Below, piece after piece: positions 36,385 to 46,217 of a stretch of DNA of 50,591 bases (positions are counted from its first letter, which is position 1; each line of letters begins with the position of its first letter). The notes beneath the pieces were generated by a model that was not told where the DNA came from, made no database searches, and was given only the letters and a program-made list of their open reading frames with translations. This DNA comes from a virus (taxonomy: Duplodnaviria; Caudoviricetes): positions 1 through 50,591 of the IMG/VR virus record IMGVR_UViG_3300010281_000001; one strand, 5' to 3'. Both the position numbers and the translations under genes were made by a program.

Positions 36385-39300
36385 ATGGATAAAAGGATTG
36401 GATTTATTACTGAAGATAATTGTCCTTCTAGGTTTAAAGATTTTAAAGGATATTTTGTTAATCTAGATAACCCAAATAATCCAAATAATCCCTATAGTCC
36501 TAACTATCCTAGAGCTGAGGGAAGAGTGCCTGGATATCAAAATCCTTTACTAGGGGATCCAGGTAGAGGAGAGATAGCACGTTGGTATACAGTTAAAACA
36601 AATATACTATATTCAATAGTTGACCAGATAATAGCACAATATGTTAGGGATAGAAATTGGTATTCAACTGTTAGATGTCGTGAAGCTTTATGGAATATGT
36701 ATAGAAGAATAGAATGGTGGGTTTATCAAAATACAGAACCAGGAGATAGTGAATATCAAAGAGCCTTAGCTTTTATCAAAGATTGTATAACGCAGATATT
36801 AGATACAGGAGAAACATCTAAAATAATCTATAAACACAAATTTAAGGATGGATTAGATAATTCATTTATTTATAGTGGTATGTGGGAAATAGATCAATAT
36901 GGGTATTTAAGTGGAGCATATATATTTGGAGAAACTGTAGAAATTGGAGATGAAACAGAAATATGGTCTATTACTAAAACCATCACTTATCCTAGTGATG
37001 GATTAATTACATTTAATTATGCTGTAGCAGGTCACGTAGAGCGTTTTGATTTGGAGATGGATGGAGAGGTTATTTGGAGGCATGATTCTACAGAACTAGT
37101 AGATTACACTGGGTTTACTTTTAGAGATATAACTTTGAAAGTTCCAAAAGGAGTACATGAATTTAAGTGGAATTTGATAGGGGAAATGGGGGGAAGTGTA
37201 GTAAAAATTGATGAGATAATTTTTACAGAGTTATACCCTGAAAGAGATAAGCCAGAAGAAGTTCCTAAATGTCCTCTACCATATAATCATCATTTTGCTT
37301 CTGATTATATGAACCATTTCGATGGAGTATCCTATGAAAGGCCAACTTTTAGTACGGTGGGCGGAAGTAAGATATCGGATTATTTAGATATGATAAGGTA
37401 TGTATCTTCAAAAGAAAATATAGAATGGCAATTAGTAAACTCAATAGATGGAAGTGAAGGTAATGAATATATTTTTAAATTACCATTAGAAAGACTTCCT
37501 GAAACTCTCTCGTCTAAAATGACCTTTAATTGGCGTATAAAGAAAAAAGGATATGTTACTTTTAAATACTGGGTAGACGGAGGAAATGGTAGCGAATTAT
37601 TATTCTATATAAATAATCAACTTGTGGGCGGTCCGTGGACTGATACAGGTGGTTGGCGGGAAGCAAGGTTTAATTTAAGTCAATCGCAGACCTATAAGTT
37701 TGATATTTTAGTGCATAAATCTGTCAGTAAGGATTTAGGTACAAATGCAGTCTATATTAAGGATATACAGGTAGTTGAGGTTACTGATTATAATGCACCT
37801 CCCATGCCTGGAGATTATTCCTACGATGGAGAAGAGACAGAAGCAGAATACGGTAAATGGCTAATATATTCCCACGAAGGAGTACTAGGTACCTATTATA
37901 GAGGTTTCCCTGATGGGGAAGAAGATATGACAAGAGAAGTAGAGTTTGAGTTTTATAGTGAATGTGATGGTGTATTTGGTTTTGGGTATAGGTTAGGAAC
38001 AAAAGAACCTGATAGGGAGACAGTAGAAGGTATTATATTCACTGAGCAGCACGATTTAGATGAAAGAACAGTAATTTGGGATGGAAGTTTAAATGGTGTA
38101 GGTATTCCAACAATATCAATTACCCCTAAATATAACGATTGGAAAAATACTATTCCAGATGATTATTCAGATCTTAGGGAGAATATTATATGGACTAAAG
38201 ATAGTGATAGCATTATCTATAGTGTAAAAATAGATGGTAAGTGGGATGGTTATAAGTATTTAGAAGCTTTTGGAACATTAGGAATTTTATGTCCTCCTAA
38301 ATATGTAATTGAAACAGATTTCATTGAAAATAATGAAAGTGGTACATGGCATACAGCAGGAGGGTGGTCAAGCGAAGGAAAAGTAGCAACTTTCCAAGGT
38401 GAGGATGATAGAAGTAATTATGGTCATGCTATATTTAGACCGCATGGAGATACTTCTATCGTAACTATAGAGATTGAAGAACAATTAAGAAATAGAGATG
38501 TACTAAATATTTATTCAAATGGTAAATTGTATAGAAGGTTGTATCCTGGATTTGAAAATATAGTTATAAATGTACCTAATTATGGAGGAGACTTAGAATT
38601 TGAGGTAGAAGAAAAACCTGATGATGGAGAAAGTGAAATTGTCTTTTCAGGAATTGTAAGTTTTGATGGTGAGTATATACCAATTGAAAAAGAGACTATG
38701 TTTGATAATGCAGGTAATGAGATTGATGTCGAATATTCCGAGGAAGATGGAAGAGGAAGAAGAATTATTGCATATCTTGAGAAAGGTAGTTTAGAAACAT
38801 CTACTTCTTGGTATACAAACGATGCTTTTTATATGACAAGTGATTTACTACCTGGTGATGAGTTAACAGTACGTATACCAAACGCCAAAATACCATTTGT
38901 TGACTATGCTAAATTAGAGAGTATGATTGAAGAATATAAAGCAGGGCTAGATCCAGTTGAGCCTACTATATTGTTTTATGAAGATTTCAACCCCTATACC
39001 AATAGAGATAGATTTAGCTACAATGAGGCTGATTGGCAGGTAGTTAATGTATTCACTTTCCTTAATGTAACTGGTACAGGAGATGAAGTTCTTGCTCATG
39101 ATGCCATTGAAGGAGTGGCAAGGACAGTAGAATTTGAAATAAATTTAGATGGTATAGAATTTATGAATGGAGGAAACTACTTAAAATTTGAATACGGTGC
39201 ATTATTTAACGAAGGTGATTATGTATCAGTAATAGCTAGAACAAGTACTGGAGATCAGCTATTGAGAATATTAACTCAGAATTCTTTAAGACCAGACGGA

Positions 39301-39387
39301 ATAATAGTTCAAGGTATACCAATCCCTGAAGATACTACTAGTTTAGTATTCTCATACACCTATGGTGGAGGTGATACAAATAGTTAA
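36385..39387 (+). CDS. large structural protein, probably the N-terminal part of an IS607-interrupted gene
   Basis: Beta-sandwich-like repeats; the last codons (GDTNS-stop) are read from the IS left end. Confidence 0.75.
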   Translation: MDKRIGFITEDNCPSRFKDFKGYFVNLDNPNNPNNPYSPNYPRAEGRVPGYQNPLLGDPGRGEIARWYTVKTNILYSIVDQIIAQYVRDRNWYSTVRCREALWNMYRRIEWWVYQNTEPGDSEYQRALAFIKDCITQILDTGETSKIIYKHKFKDGLDNSFIYSGMWEIDQYGYLSGAYIFGETVEIGDETEIWSITKTITYPSDGLITFNYAVAGHVERFDLEMDGEVIWRHDSTELVDYTGFTFRDITLKVPKGVHEFKWNLIGEMGGSVVKIDEIIFTELYPERDKPEEVPKCPLPYNHHFASDYMNHFDGVSYERPTFSTVGGSKISDYLDMIRYVSSKENIEWQLVNSIDGSEGNEYIFKLPLERLPETLSSKMTFNWRIKKKGYVTFKYWVDGGNGSELLFYINNQLVGGPWTDTGGWREARFNLSQSQTYKFDILVHKSVSKDLGTNAVYIKDIQVVEVTDYNAPPMPGDYSYDGEETEAEYGKWLIYSHEGVLGTYYRGFPDGEEDMTREVEFEFYSECDGVFGFGYRLGTKEPDRETVEGIIFTEQHDLDERTVIWDGSLNGVGIPTISITPKYNDWKNTIPDDYSDLRENIIWTKDSDSIIYSVKIDGKWDGYKYLEAFGTLGILCPPKYVIETDFIENNESGTWHTAGGWSSEGKVATFQGEDDRSNYGHAIFRPHGDTSIVTIEIEEQLRNRDVLNIYSNGKLYRRLYPGFENIVINVPNYGGDLEFEVEEKPDDGESEIVFSGIVSFDGEYIPIEKETMFDNAGNEIDVEYSEEDGRGRRIIAYLEKGSLETSTSWYTNDAFYMTSDLLPGDELTVRIPNAKIPFVDYAKLESMIEEYKAGLDPVEPTILFYEDFNPYTNRDRFSYNEADWQVVNVFTFLNVTGTGDEVLAHDAIEGVARTVEFEINLDGIEFMNGGNYLKFEYGALFNEGDYVSVIARTSTGDQLLRILTQNSLRPDGIIVQGIPIPEDTTSLVFSYTYGGGDTNS

Positions 39388-39417
39388 CAAAAATATATAA
39401 AAACCTATAAAAACCTA

Positions 39418-39446
39418 TTGAATACATTTTACATTTTTGTTATAAT
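39418..39446 (+). promoter_or_regulatory. sigma-A promoter of IS607 tnpA
   Basis: TTGAAT-N17-TATAAT with extended TG, adjoining the left-end repeats. Confidence 0.75.
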
Positions 39447-39457
39447 ATATTATAGAG

Positions 39458-40084
39458 GTGGTTGAAATGTATTCAATAGGTGAATTTTCTAAAAAACTTG
39501 GTGTATCAATACAGACTTTAAGGAATTGGGATAAGGAAGGAAAGTTATGTCCTATAAAGTTAAGTAGCGGTCATAGGAGATATACGGATGAACACTTTAT
39601 ATTAGCAAGTAACTTGTTGCACAAACCTTTACCACGAAAGACTATTATATATGCAAGAGTGTCATCTAATAAACAAAAAAATGAACTTGAACATCAAATA
39701 GAAAGTTTAAAGCAATTTTGTATAGCTAGAGGTATTATTATAGATGAAATATTATCAGATATAGGAAGTGCTTTAAATTATAATAGACCTAAATTTCAAA
39801 AGTTATTTGATTTAATATTATCTAATCAAGTTGAACGAATTATAATAGCATATAAAGATAGGTTTGTTAGATTTGGGTATGATTTTTTTGAAAGTATATG
39901 CAAAAGATATAATGTTGAGATAATAGTAATGAACAATGCAGAAGAAAAAACTTATGAACAAGAAATGGTAGAAGATTTGATGGCAATTGTTCATGTATTT
40001 TCAGCTAGATTGTATGGTAGTAGAAGTTATAAACAAAAAAAGTTAGAAAAAGTGGTAAAGGAAGTGCTGGAAAATGAGGTTTAA
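39458..40084 (+). CDS. tnpA: IS607 transposase (MerR-like HTH plus serine recombinase)
   Basis: SIGEF...LGVS.QTLRNWD..G; YARVSS; DIGSALNY.R; YKDRF.RFG; FSARLYG.RS. Confidence 0.95.
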   Translation: MVEMYSIGEFSKKLGVSIQTLRNWDKEGKLCPIKLSSGHRRYTDEHFILASNLLHKPLPRKTIIYARVSSNKQKNELEHQIESLKQFCIARGIIIDEILSDIGSALNYNRPKFQKLFDLILSNQVERIIIAYKDRFVRFGYDFFESICKRYNVEIIVMNNAEEKTYEQEMVEDLMAIVHVFSARLYGSRSYKQKKLEKVVKEVLENEV

Positions 40085-41264
40085 GTCGAATGAAGATAAA
40101 ATCATACTATGTAAAAAGATAGCGATACATCCAACAAAGGAACAAATAGAAAGCATAGAAAGAGATAGTTTTTTATGTAAAAAACTTTATAACACATATT
40201 TGCGTCAAAGACTTGAATATTATAATTGTTATGGAAAATCAATGAAAATGTCAGAACAAAGAAGTCAAATTAAACTATTGAGAGAACATAATACAGATTA
40301 TGCTAAAGTATATGCAAAACATTTACACACAGTTTGTATGGATTTAGACACAGATTATAGAAATTGTATAAGTAAAAGAGCAAAAGGTAAAAAATCTAAA
40401 CTTCCAAGATACAAAAACAAAAACTATTTTTATCCTTTAAAAACACCAAAAGAATATGTAAAGATAAAGGACAACAAAATTAAGTTGGGTTTTTATGAGT
40501 TTAATATAGATGTTAATGAAATTCCTAAAAATTATGGGGAAGTATGGATAACAAAGGTAAGAAATAAATATATGCTTTCAATAACTTATGAGGCAGAAAA
40601 AATAGAAAACAATTCTAATAACATTTTAGCAGTAGATTTAGGTATTTCTAAATTTATAACGGGTATAAATCAAGATGGTAAAGTTATAGAGATTATCAAC
40701 CCAAGATACGATAAGTATTGGAACAAGAAGATAGACAAGGTAAGGTCAATGAGGGATAAAAAGAAAAAAGGGAGCAGGAGATATAAAAAGCTTACTGAAA
40801 CATTAAACAGATTATATGAAAAAAGAAGAAAACAACAGGAACATTTCATTCATACAATAACAAAATATTTGGTTTCACATAATAAAGAAATAATATTAGG
40901 TAATCTATCACAAGAACAGATGGTTAACAAGTCAAATATAAAAATTCTAAATAGAAGTATAAAAGAAAATTGGGGATTAGGTAAGTTTAAAACAATATTA
41001 ACATACAAGGCAAAATTGCATGGTGTTAATATTGTTTATGTTGATGAAGCATATACTTCTAAAACATGTTCATATTGTGGAGAAATGCAGGATATGAATT
41101 TGTCAAAGAGAGTTTACAGATGTCAATGCGGAATGGAAATAGACAGAGATGTGAATTCAAGTATAAACATATATAACAAGTATAAAGGACATAAAGAATT
41201 AAGCTATAAAAAAATAAATCAAGTAATTACTCTATATTTCCAGTATGGGAAATTAGTTGCTTGA
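40074..41264 (+). CDS. tnpB: IS607-type TnpB with rearranged RuvC-II
   Basis: AVDLG; IILGNL lacks the canonical Glu; VDEAYTSKTC supplies an alternative Glu; CSYC/CQC zinc finger; DRDVNS. Confidence 0.92.
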   Translation: MRFKSNEDKIILCKKIAIHPTKEQIESIERDSFLCKKLYNTYLRQRLEYYNCYGKSMKMSEQRSQIKLLREHNTDYAKVYAKHLHTVCMDLDTDYRNCISKRAKGKKSKLPRYKNKNYFYPLKTPKEYVKIKDNKIKLGFYEFNIDVNEIPKNYGEVWITKVRNKYMLSITYEAEKIENNSNNILAVDLGISKFITGINQDGKVIEIINPRYDKYWNKKIDKVRSMRDKKKKGSRRYKKLTETLNRLYEKRRKQQEHFIHTITKYLVSHNKEIILGNLSQEQMVNKSNIKILNRSIKENWGLGKFKTILTYKAKLHGVNIVYVDEAYTSKTCSYCGEMQDMNLSKRVYRCQCGMEIDRDVNSSINIYNKYKGHKELSYKKINQVITLYFQYGKLVA

Positions 41265-41284
41265 TTAAGAAGGAGGGGGGGAAT

Positions 41285-41434
41285 AAAAGTACCGTTGGCT
41301 CACGGTATGGCATTGTAGAGAGATGCCATTATGTACACTAAGCTAAACAGCTTGAGTGTATGAGTTAAATCTATAAATATTATAGATAGTTTTAGATATT
41401 TATAGATTTAGCAGAGCTGGAGGTTTTGAGTAAT
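41285..41434 (+). ncRNA. IS607 right-end guide RNA; predicted guide AGCTGGAGGTTTTGAGTAAT
   Basis: Successive hairpins GTACCGT/ACGGTAT, ATGGCAT/ATGCCAT, TACACT.AGCT/AGCT..AGTGTA, TAAATCTATAAATAT/ATATTTATAGATTTA. Confidence 0.7.
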
Positions 41435-44400
41435 AATTGGATTATAAATTATGATGGTTTAATAATTGATTATAAAGATGTAACAGAAGGAATAATTGAT
41501 TATTCAGATGGAAGTAGAGATTATTTTATAAAATTATATGATAATAATTGGCTAGTAATATCATTTAGTAAAAATGATATGAGAAACTCTTACATTATAG
41601 ATCAAATAAATTTAGCTCATTCAAAAGCAGGTATCAATAAAGTTAATGCTTATTTCATGGAGTTATTGTATAACGCCTTCCCTGAGAAAGCTCGGCAGAT
41701 ATCTAATAGTGAGATGAGAGATAAATTTGAAGAACAGGCGAAGTATTTAAGTTCACAAATTAAATATGAAGCTGATAGGTTTAGATATATATCAGATTTA
41801 GGGGCAGTTATTATAAATGGACAGAGGTATACAGAGGGACAGATTGTATATTTTAATCAAAGCAAATATATTGTTAAGGTGGATGGGAACGGTGAAGGTT
41901 ATCTAGATTTGGCAGAATACCCACAAGGTAAAGGCTTTATTGTTATTCCTGAGCAGAAATTTACTAGGGAAATTTCACATAAAATTGATTATTCACAAGG
42001 AAAAGGAGTTAGTCAGTTTCCTGGTTTTGAAGCGTTTATTGATTATACAAATGGTATATATGATGTTTTAACTACTGGAACTATAATCACATCTAGTAGA
42101 GGTAGTGAAAGAAGGATAAGAGCTCCAAGAATATCGAATATAGAATATTGGGAATGTGTGGATTTTACCCCTGGTAGTAGATCTATAGTTGGAAAATCAG
42201 GTAGTCCCAGGGTTTTGGAGGAGGGCGTATTGACTTCAAAAGGAGGTACACCTTCTCCTCCATCAGGAGATTATGGAGATTGGTTAATAAAGGCAGGACC
42301 ATCTGATTTTGAAGGTGGTGATACTGGGCAAGGCTCATGGAAACGATTAAAGGATACGCACGTATTTAGGTATTCAATAGATGATGATTATATTTGGTAC
42401 AGAAATACAGGTAATGGATTTGAAGAGGTCATAGTATCGGATTTTCGTAGCTACGGAAGTAATTACCAAAAAGTTAGAAAGCTTTTTAATAAGCATGGGA
42501 CATATTTGTCAGATGCTTTCTTTGAAGATTTAAAAAAAGAATTTCCTGTACGTAATTTGACTTTTGAGCAGTTTGTTAATAAATATAAAGGTGAAAAATG
42601 GTTAAAGGCTCCTGTTGACTGGAGTAATGATCCTCATACCCCTACGGGCGGCACTAAGACCAAATTATTCGGTAAATTCAATGTATATTCAGGAACTTTT
42701 AAAGTAGATGTTAGATACAATACTTTTCTAAGATATAATGTGGGCGGGGATACGATAAGTAGAGGTAAAGCTAAATTAGAGCTTATTAAATATACAGGCA
42801 GTGGATATGAAGTCGTAGATACTTTATTTAATGTAAATTACAATGTAGGAAATTATTGGGATAGAACAACAGATAAATATGTATCTAAGGAATATAAAGG
42901 GAAGGGTAGTTACGGGTTTAAATTAACATTAATTGATACTTTTCAGGATACACAGACAATCTATGTAAGGGCTCAGCCTACTATTACAGAATATACCACC
43001 GGAGCTTCTAAAGAATATGATACTAATTCTTCGTTTACGTTTTATATAATAGATCCAATTACAGGGAGGCGTATTCCATACGAAGGTCAAGACGCTGTAG
43101 TTTTAAAGGGATCTGGTGAAGTTTTTACTAGATGTTTTAGTGTTGTAGTACCGAAAGGTCAAGAAGTAGTAATTGTAGGTGTAGTTCAGAAAGGGAATAT
43201 AAGTACGGGAGGATTATTGAATGAAGGTGCCGCTGCTAGATTAAGGGATGGATTTATAAAATATACTGTGACCGAAAGAATACCTCCTATAATTGTTACT
43301 TCTGATGAAAGTATAGGAAAGATAATTGATTTACCCGAAAATGGATGGGTAGATCCTTCTGAGGAAGAGCAAGAGGGGGAGGGTGGAGATAAGCAAAATC
43401 CATTCTTTTGGGTTGACTTAATTACAATAGAAGGTTATCCTGAAAGACCTATTCCCGATGATATTTATGACGAAATGTTAAAATCCGCTACATGTTATCC
43501 AAAAGGAGTTGTGATATTACCATCTTTATTACCTTATAATTATGATGGGTCTCCTAAAGATTGGAGCCCACAAGAGCGTAGAGAAAAAGAAAGAACTTTT
43601 TTAGATGTTAATCGTGAAGTAGATGGATTATTTGAAGAGGATATAATAGAATTCACTATAAAGAATCCTTTTGATGAGTCTATAAAGATAGGTCTTGAAT
43701 TTCATGTAGATGATAATTACCAAGAATGTGGTGGCGGTGGATTTATTAGTTTTTCAAACGTAGGATGGAGTTATTATGGTAGAGGAGATTTAATAGGGGA
43801 TGGTGTAGAAGAATTACCTTCCTTTGTAAGAGTTGCAATTACAGAATTGATATCTAACCACGAAATAATTGGTGGGTGTCCAGGATGTTACGCAGAAGTA
43901 TTAATAAAAGATGGAGATAATGTATTAAAAACTATTAGAATCGATGAAGAAGGTTGGACTGATTTTAGTTTAGGAAATTTATATGATTACGGTTTAGATG
44001 AGTTTGATATAGAGATAAAGACATATCAAAAGGGTTATGTGGATCCTAGAGGATATGATGTTAGGTGTATGTTTGCTTTAGATACCTTTAAAATGTTTAC
44101 TCAATATGAGTTAGCTGCTACTAATTTTGATAGTATGCTTGAGTTTTATATAAATGATGATTTGAAGCTATCTTTAAATGAGATCGGAGAAGGTGAGCAT
44201 TATTTCCCTGTTAAAAAGGGATTGAATAAATATAAATTTGTATTCAAGACAAATAATTGGGATTATAACTGGGATTATGCTGAGATAGATTGGATTAGAT
44301 TAACTAATTGGATATGTGATGATGTTCCTGTAGTACCTTATTGTGAACCAGGTAGAGGAGATAAGTGTATTGAGGCTCTAATAGGTTGCTTATTAGGATT

Positions 44401-45328
44401 ATTGCCTAAGAAAAAAGGTTGTGTAATTATAAAATATATTGATTATGACACTGGGGAAATAATTAAGCAAGTTAGATATGGTGGATATAATAGAGGGGAA
44501 TACACTTTCCATGCTCCCGACATTCCTGATTTTGAAGTGGTGGGGGATAAGAGTAAAACAGTATTTATTGAAGAATCTGAAGTATGTGCAGAAGTAGAGT
44601 TTTATTATAGACGATTGTATCGGGATTGTGTATGGGTAATTCATAGAGATATTAATACAGGTAATGTTATTTTAAAAGAAACCTATGAAAGTTTAGTGCC
44701 TGGTGAATATACTTTTACTGCTAAAAGCTTTGCAAATTTTAGAGTTGTCGGATCAACTACTAAAACTATTACTATTCATTACCTTACTGAGCCTCCTGAG
44801 GAATGTAAATTAATTGTATTTGATTACGAATATATAGAAGAAAAAGATCCTTATTTAGATTGTGTATGGGTTATCTATAGGGAAAAAGATAATCCGAATA
44901 ATGTTTTTGCTGTAGATTATCACTATAATTTAAGTCCTGGTGTATATAGATATAGTGCTAGAGAATTTGAAGGCTATGAAATTGTGGGGGATAAGGAGAA
45001 AGAGATAGAAATTGTCGAGGTAACGGATCCAGTTATTGAGTGTAAGTTAGTTATTTTTGAATATAGAAAGATTAAGAAAGGCTGTGTAATAGTTAAGTTT
45101 AAGGATAGAGTTAATGATATAATACTGGATACTGATTATTATTATGATTTATTTCCTGGTGAATATACTTATCATGCTAAAGAATTTGAGGGATATAAGT
45201 TAGTGGATAGTAAAATAAAGACTATACTAGTAACAGAAGAAGATGAAGAATGTAAAGAAGTTGTATTTCTTTACGAACCTTTAGTTGAAGGATGTGCTAT
45301 AGGTAAGAAAATATGGTTATTCACTTAG
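41426..45328 (+). CDS. large structural/adhesin-like protein with four C-terminal MucBP-like repeats, probably the C-terminal part of the interrupted gene
   Basis: Repeats CV.(V/I).(Y/H/F).D...G......G.YT..A.....(F/Y)..VG...K.I......C..V.F.Y; TTG start with poorly spaced SD. Confidence 0.75.
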   Translation: MSNNWIINYDGLIIDYKDVTEGIIDYSDGSRDYFIKLYDNNWLVISFSKNDMRNSYIIDQINLAHSKAGINKVNAYFMELLYNAFPEKARQISNSEMRDKFEEQAKYLSSQIKYEADRFRYISDLGAVIINGQRYTEGQIVYFNQSKYIVKVDGNGEGYLDLAEYPQGKGFIVIPEQKFTREISHKIDYSQGKGVSQFPGFEAFIDYTNGIYDVLTTGTIITSSRGSERRIRAPRISNIEYWECVDFTPGSRSIVGKSGSPRVLEEGVLTSKGGTPSPPSGDYGDWLIKAGPSDFEGGDTGQGSWKRLKDTHVFRYSIDDDYIWYRNTGNGFEEVIVSDFRSYGSNYQKVRKLFNKHGTYLSDAFFEDLKKEFPVRNLTFEQFVNKYKGEKWLKAPVDWSNDPHTPTGGTKTKLFGKFNVYSGTFKVDVRYNTFLRYNVGGDTISRGKAKLELIKYTGSGYEVVDTLFNVNYNVGNYWDRTTDKYVSKEYKGKGSYGFKLTLIDTFQDTQTIYVRAQPTITEYTTGASKEYDTNSSFTFYIIDPITGRRIPYEGQDAVVLKGSGEVFTRCFSVVVPKGQEVVIVGVVQKGNISTGGLLNEGAAARLRDGFIKYTVTERIPPIIVTSDESIGKIIDLPENGWVDPSEEEQEGEGGDKQNPFFWVDLITIEGYPERPIPDDIYDEMLKSATCYPKGVVILPSLLPYNYDGSPKDWSPQERREKERTFLDVNREVDGLFEEDIIEFTIKNPFDESIKIGLEFHVDDNYQECGGGGFISFSNVGWSYYGRGDLIGDGVEELPSFVRVAITELISNHEIIGGCPGCYAEVLIKDGDNVLKTIRIDEEGWTDFSLGNLYDYGLDEFDIEIKTYQKGYVDPRGYDVRCMFALDTFKMFTQYELAATNFDSMLEFYINDDLKLSLNEIGEGEHYFPVKKGLNKYKFVFKTNNWDYNWDYAEIDWIRLTNWICDDVPVVPYCEPGRGDKCIEALIGCLLGLLPKKKGCVIIKYIDYDTGEIIKQVRYGGYNRGEYTFHAPDIPDFEVVGDKSKTVFIEESEVCAEVEFYYRRLYRDCVWVIHRDINTGNVILKETYESLVPGEYTFTAKSFANFRVVGSTTKTITIHYLTEPPEECKLIVFDYEYIEEKDPYLDCVWVIYREKDNPNNVFAVDYHYNLSPGVYRYSAREFEGYEIVGDKEKEIEIVEVTDPVIECKLVIFEYRKIKKGCVIVKFKDRVNDIILDTDYYYDLFPGEYTYHAKEFEGYKLVDSKIKTILVTEEDEECKEVVFLYEPLVEGCAIGKKIWLFT

Positions 45329-45338
45329 GAGGAATGAC

Positions 45339-46217
45339 ATGGGAGAATGGAAACAATTAATTGTTAGTGATAGTGAGTTTAGGGGGCTAGTTGAAAATGG
45401 TACTCCTATAGAGGTAAAAGATTTTTACTGTAATTGTGGGGTAGAGGTATACAGTGAAAAAGGCGGTATGATTAATGCTGTATATGATGCAAATATTAAA
45501 GCAATAAGAAAAATTAATGACTATAATCCTAAGTTTGAGAAAAGTCCAAATAGGGATATAGCATTATATAATGATTTTTTATTAAATGAAAATATAAATA
45601 CTATTATTGTAGATGGAATATTTGGAACAGGTAAAACCTCTACTTTATGTGCTCATCTTACTCCTTTACTCAGTAGAATGTTACGTGATGATGTAGGTTT
45701 TGAGAAGGTTTATATATCCAAACCTCACGAAAGTTTAGGTAAGAAGTATGGATACTTACCAGGTGAACTAACTGATAAGGCTTTATATGAGTTTACGTCT
45801 TATTATCAATATTTTGATAGATTCTATCAACCAGGATTCTCTAGTAAGCTTATTGCTTCTGGTATACTTGAGGTAGTCGTATTTGAGTATTTAAGAGGAA
45901 GAGATTTAGATAGTGGTTGGGTGATATTAGATGAGTCACAAAATACTAGTATAAAAGAAATGGTTTCATTTTTATCTAGGGTTGGAGACAATGCTAAATT
46001 AGTTATTATTGGGGATTCATCTAAATATCAAATAGATAAAAAAGGTAATGATGTAGAGAATAATGGCCTTTCTTTTGTAAAAGAAATTTATAAAACTAAG
46101 AAATATGTTGGATGTGTAGAACTTAATACTACTTCGCATATATTAAGAGGCCAAAGAGTTAGAGATTTATATCTAACTATGAAAAACGGTGGTGGGGAGT
46201 ATGAGTGTTGTAACTAA
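45339..46217 (+). CDS. phoH: PhoH-family ATPase
   Basis: Walker A GIFGTGKT, GYLPG, YLRGR, ILDESQN, SRVG...K....GD...QID. Confidence 0.9.
   Translation: MGEWKQLIVSDSEFRGLVENGTPIEVKDFYCNCGVEVYSEKGGMINAVYDANIKAIRKINDYNPKFEKSPNRDIALYNDFLLNENINTIIVDGIFGTGKTSTLCAHLTPLLSRMLRDDVGFEKVYISKPHESLGKKYGYLPGELTDKALYEFTSYYQYFDRFYQPGFSSKLIASGILEVVVFEYLRGRDLDSGWVILDESQNTSIKEMVSFLSRVGDNAKLVIIGDSSKYQIDKKGNDVENNGLSFVKEIYKTKKYVGCVELNTTSHILRGQRVRDLYLTMKNGGGEYECCN

Larger units (their letters stand above)
39371..41414 (+). mobile_element. IS607-family element (serine-recombinase TnpA plus TnpB)
   Basis: Left-end 10-bp repeats AAAAA(T/C)(A/C)TAT x3 at 39389-39418, tnpA-tnpB overlap, structured right end with ATAGAT repeats, AG at both junctions; boundaries uncertain by a few nt. 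Confidence 0.88.

Noticed and set aside
39389-39418. 10-bp tandem repeats as CRISPR or iterons
   Set aside because: No spacers; they fit IS607 TnpA-binding repeats. I saw no CRISPR array in the window.
40074-41264. Catalytically dead TnpB (TldR-like)
   Set aside because: The missing Glu in IILGNL is matched by the Glu in VDEAYTS, the rearranged RuvC known for IS607-type TnpB; both Asp residues are present
39371-41414. IS607 element as an IStron (self-splicing group I intron), or as a GT..AG intron
   Set aside because: Only ~87 nt precede tnpA and they are repeats plus promoter; I see no group I core. GT..AG ends have no meaning in a bacterial host. An Infernal search with group I intron models would settle it.
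289-44644. Short antisense or off-frame ORFs in the track (e.g. 289-516, 8434-8742, 9658-9855, 10653-11099, 20133-20603, 44399-44644)
   Set aside because: They overlap well-supported + strand genes and mostly show the S/F/L/I-rich composition of shadow frames
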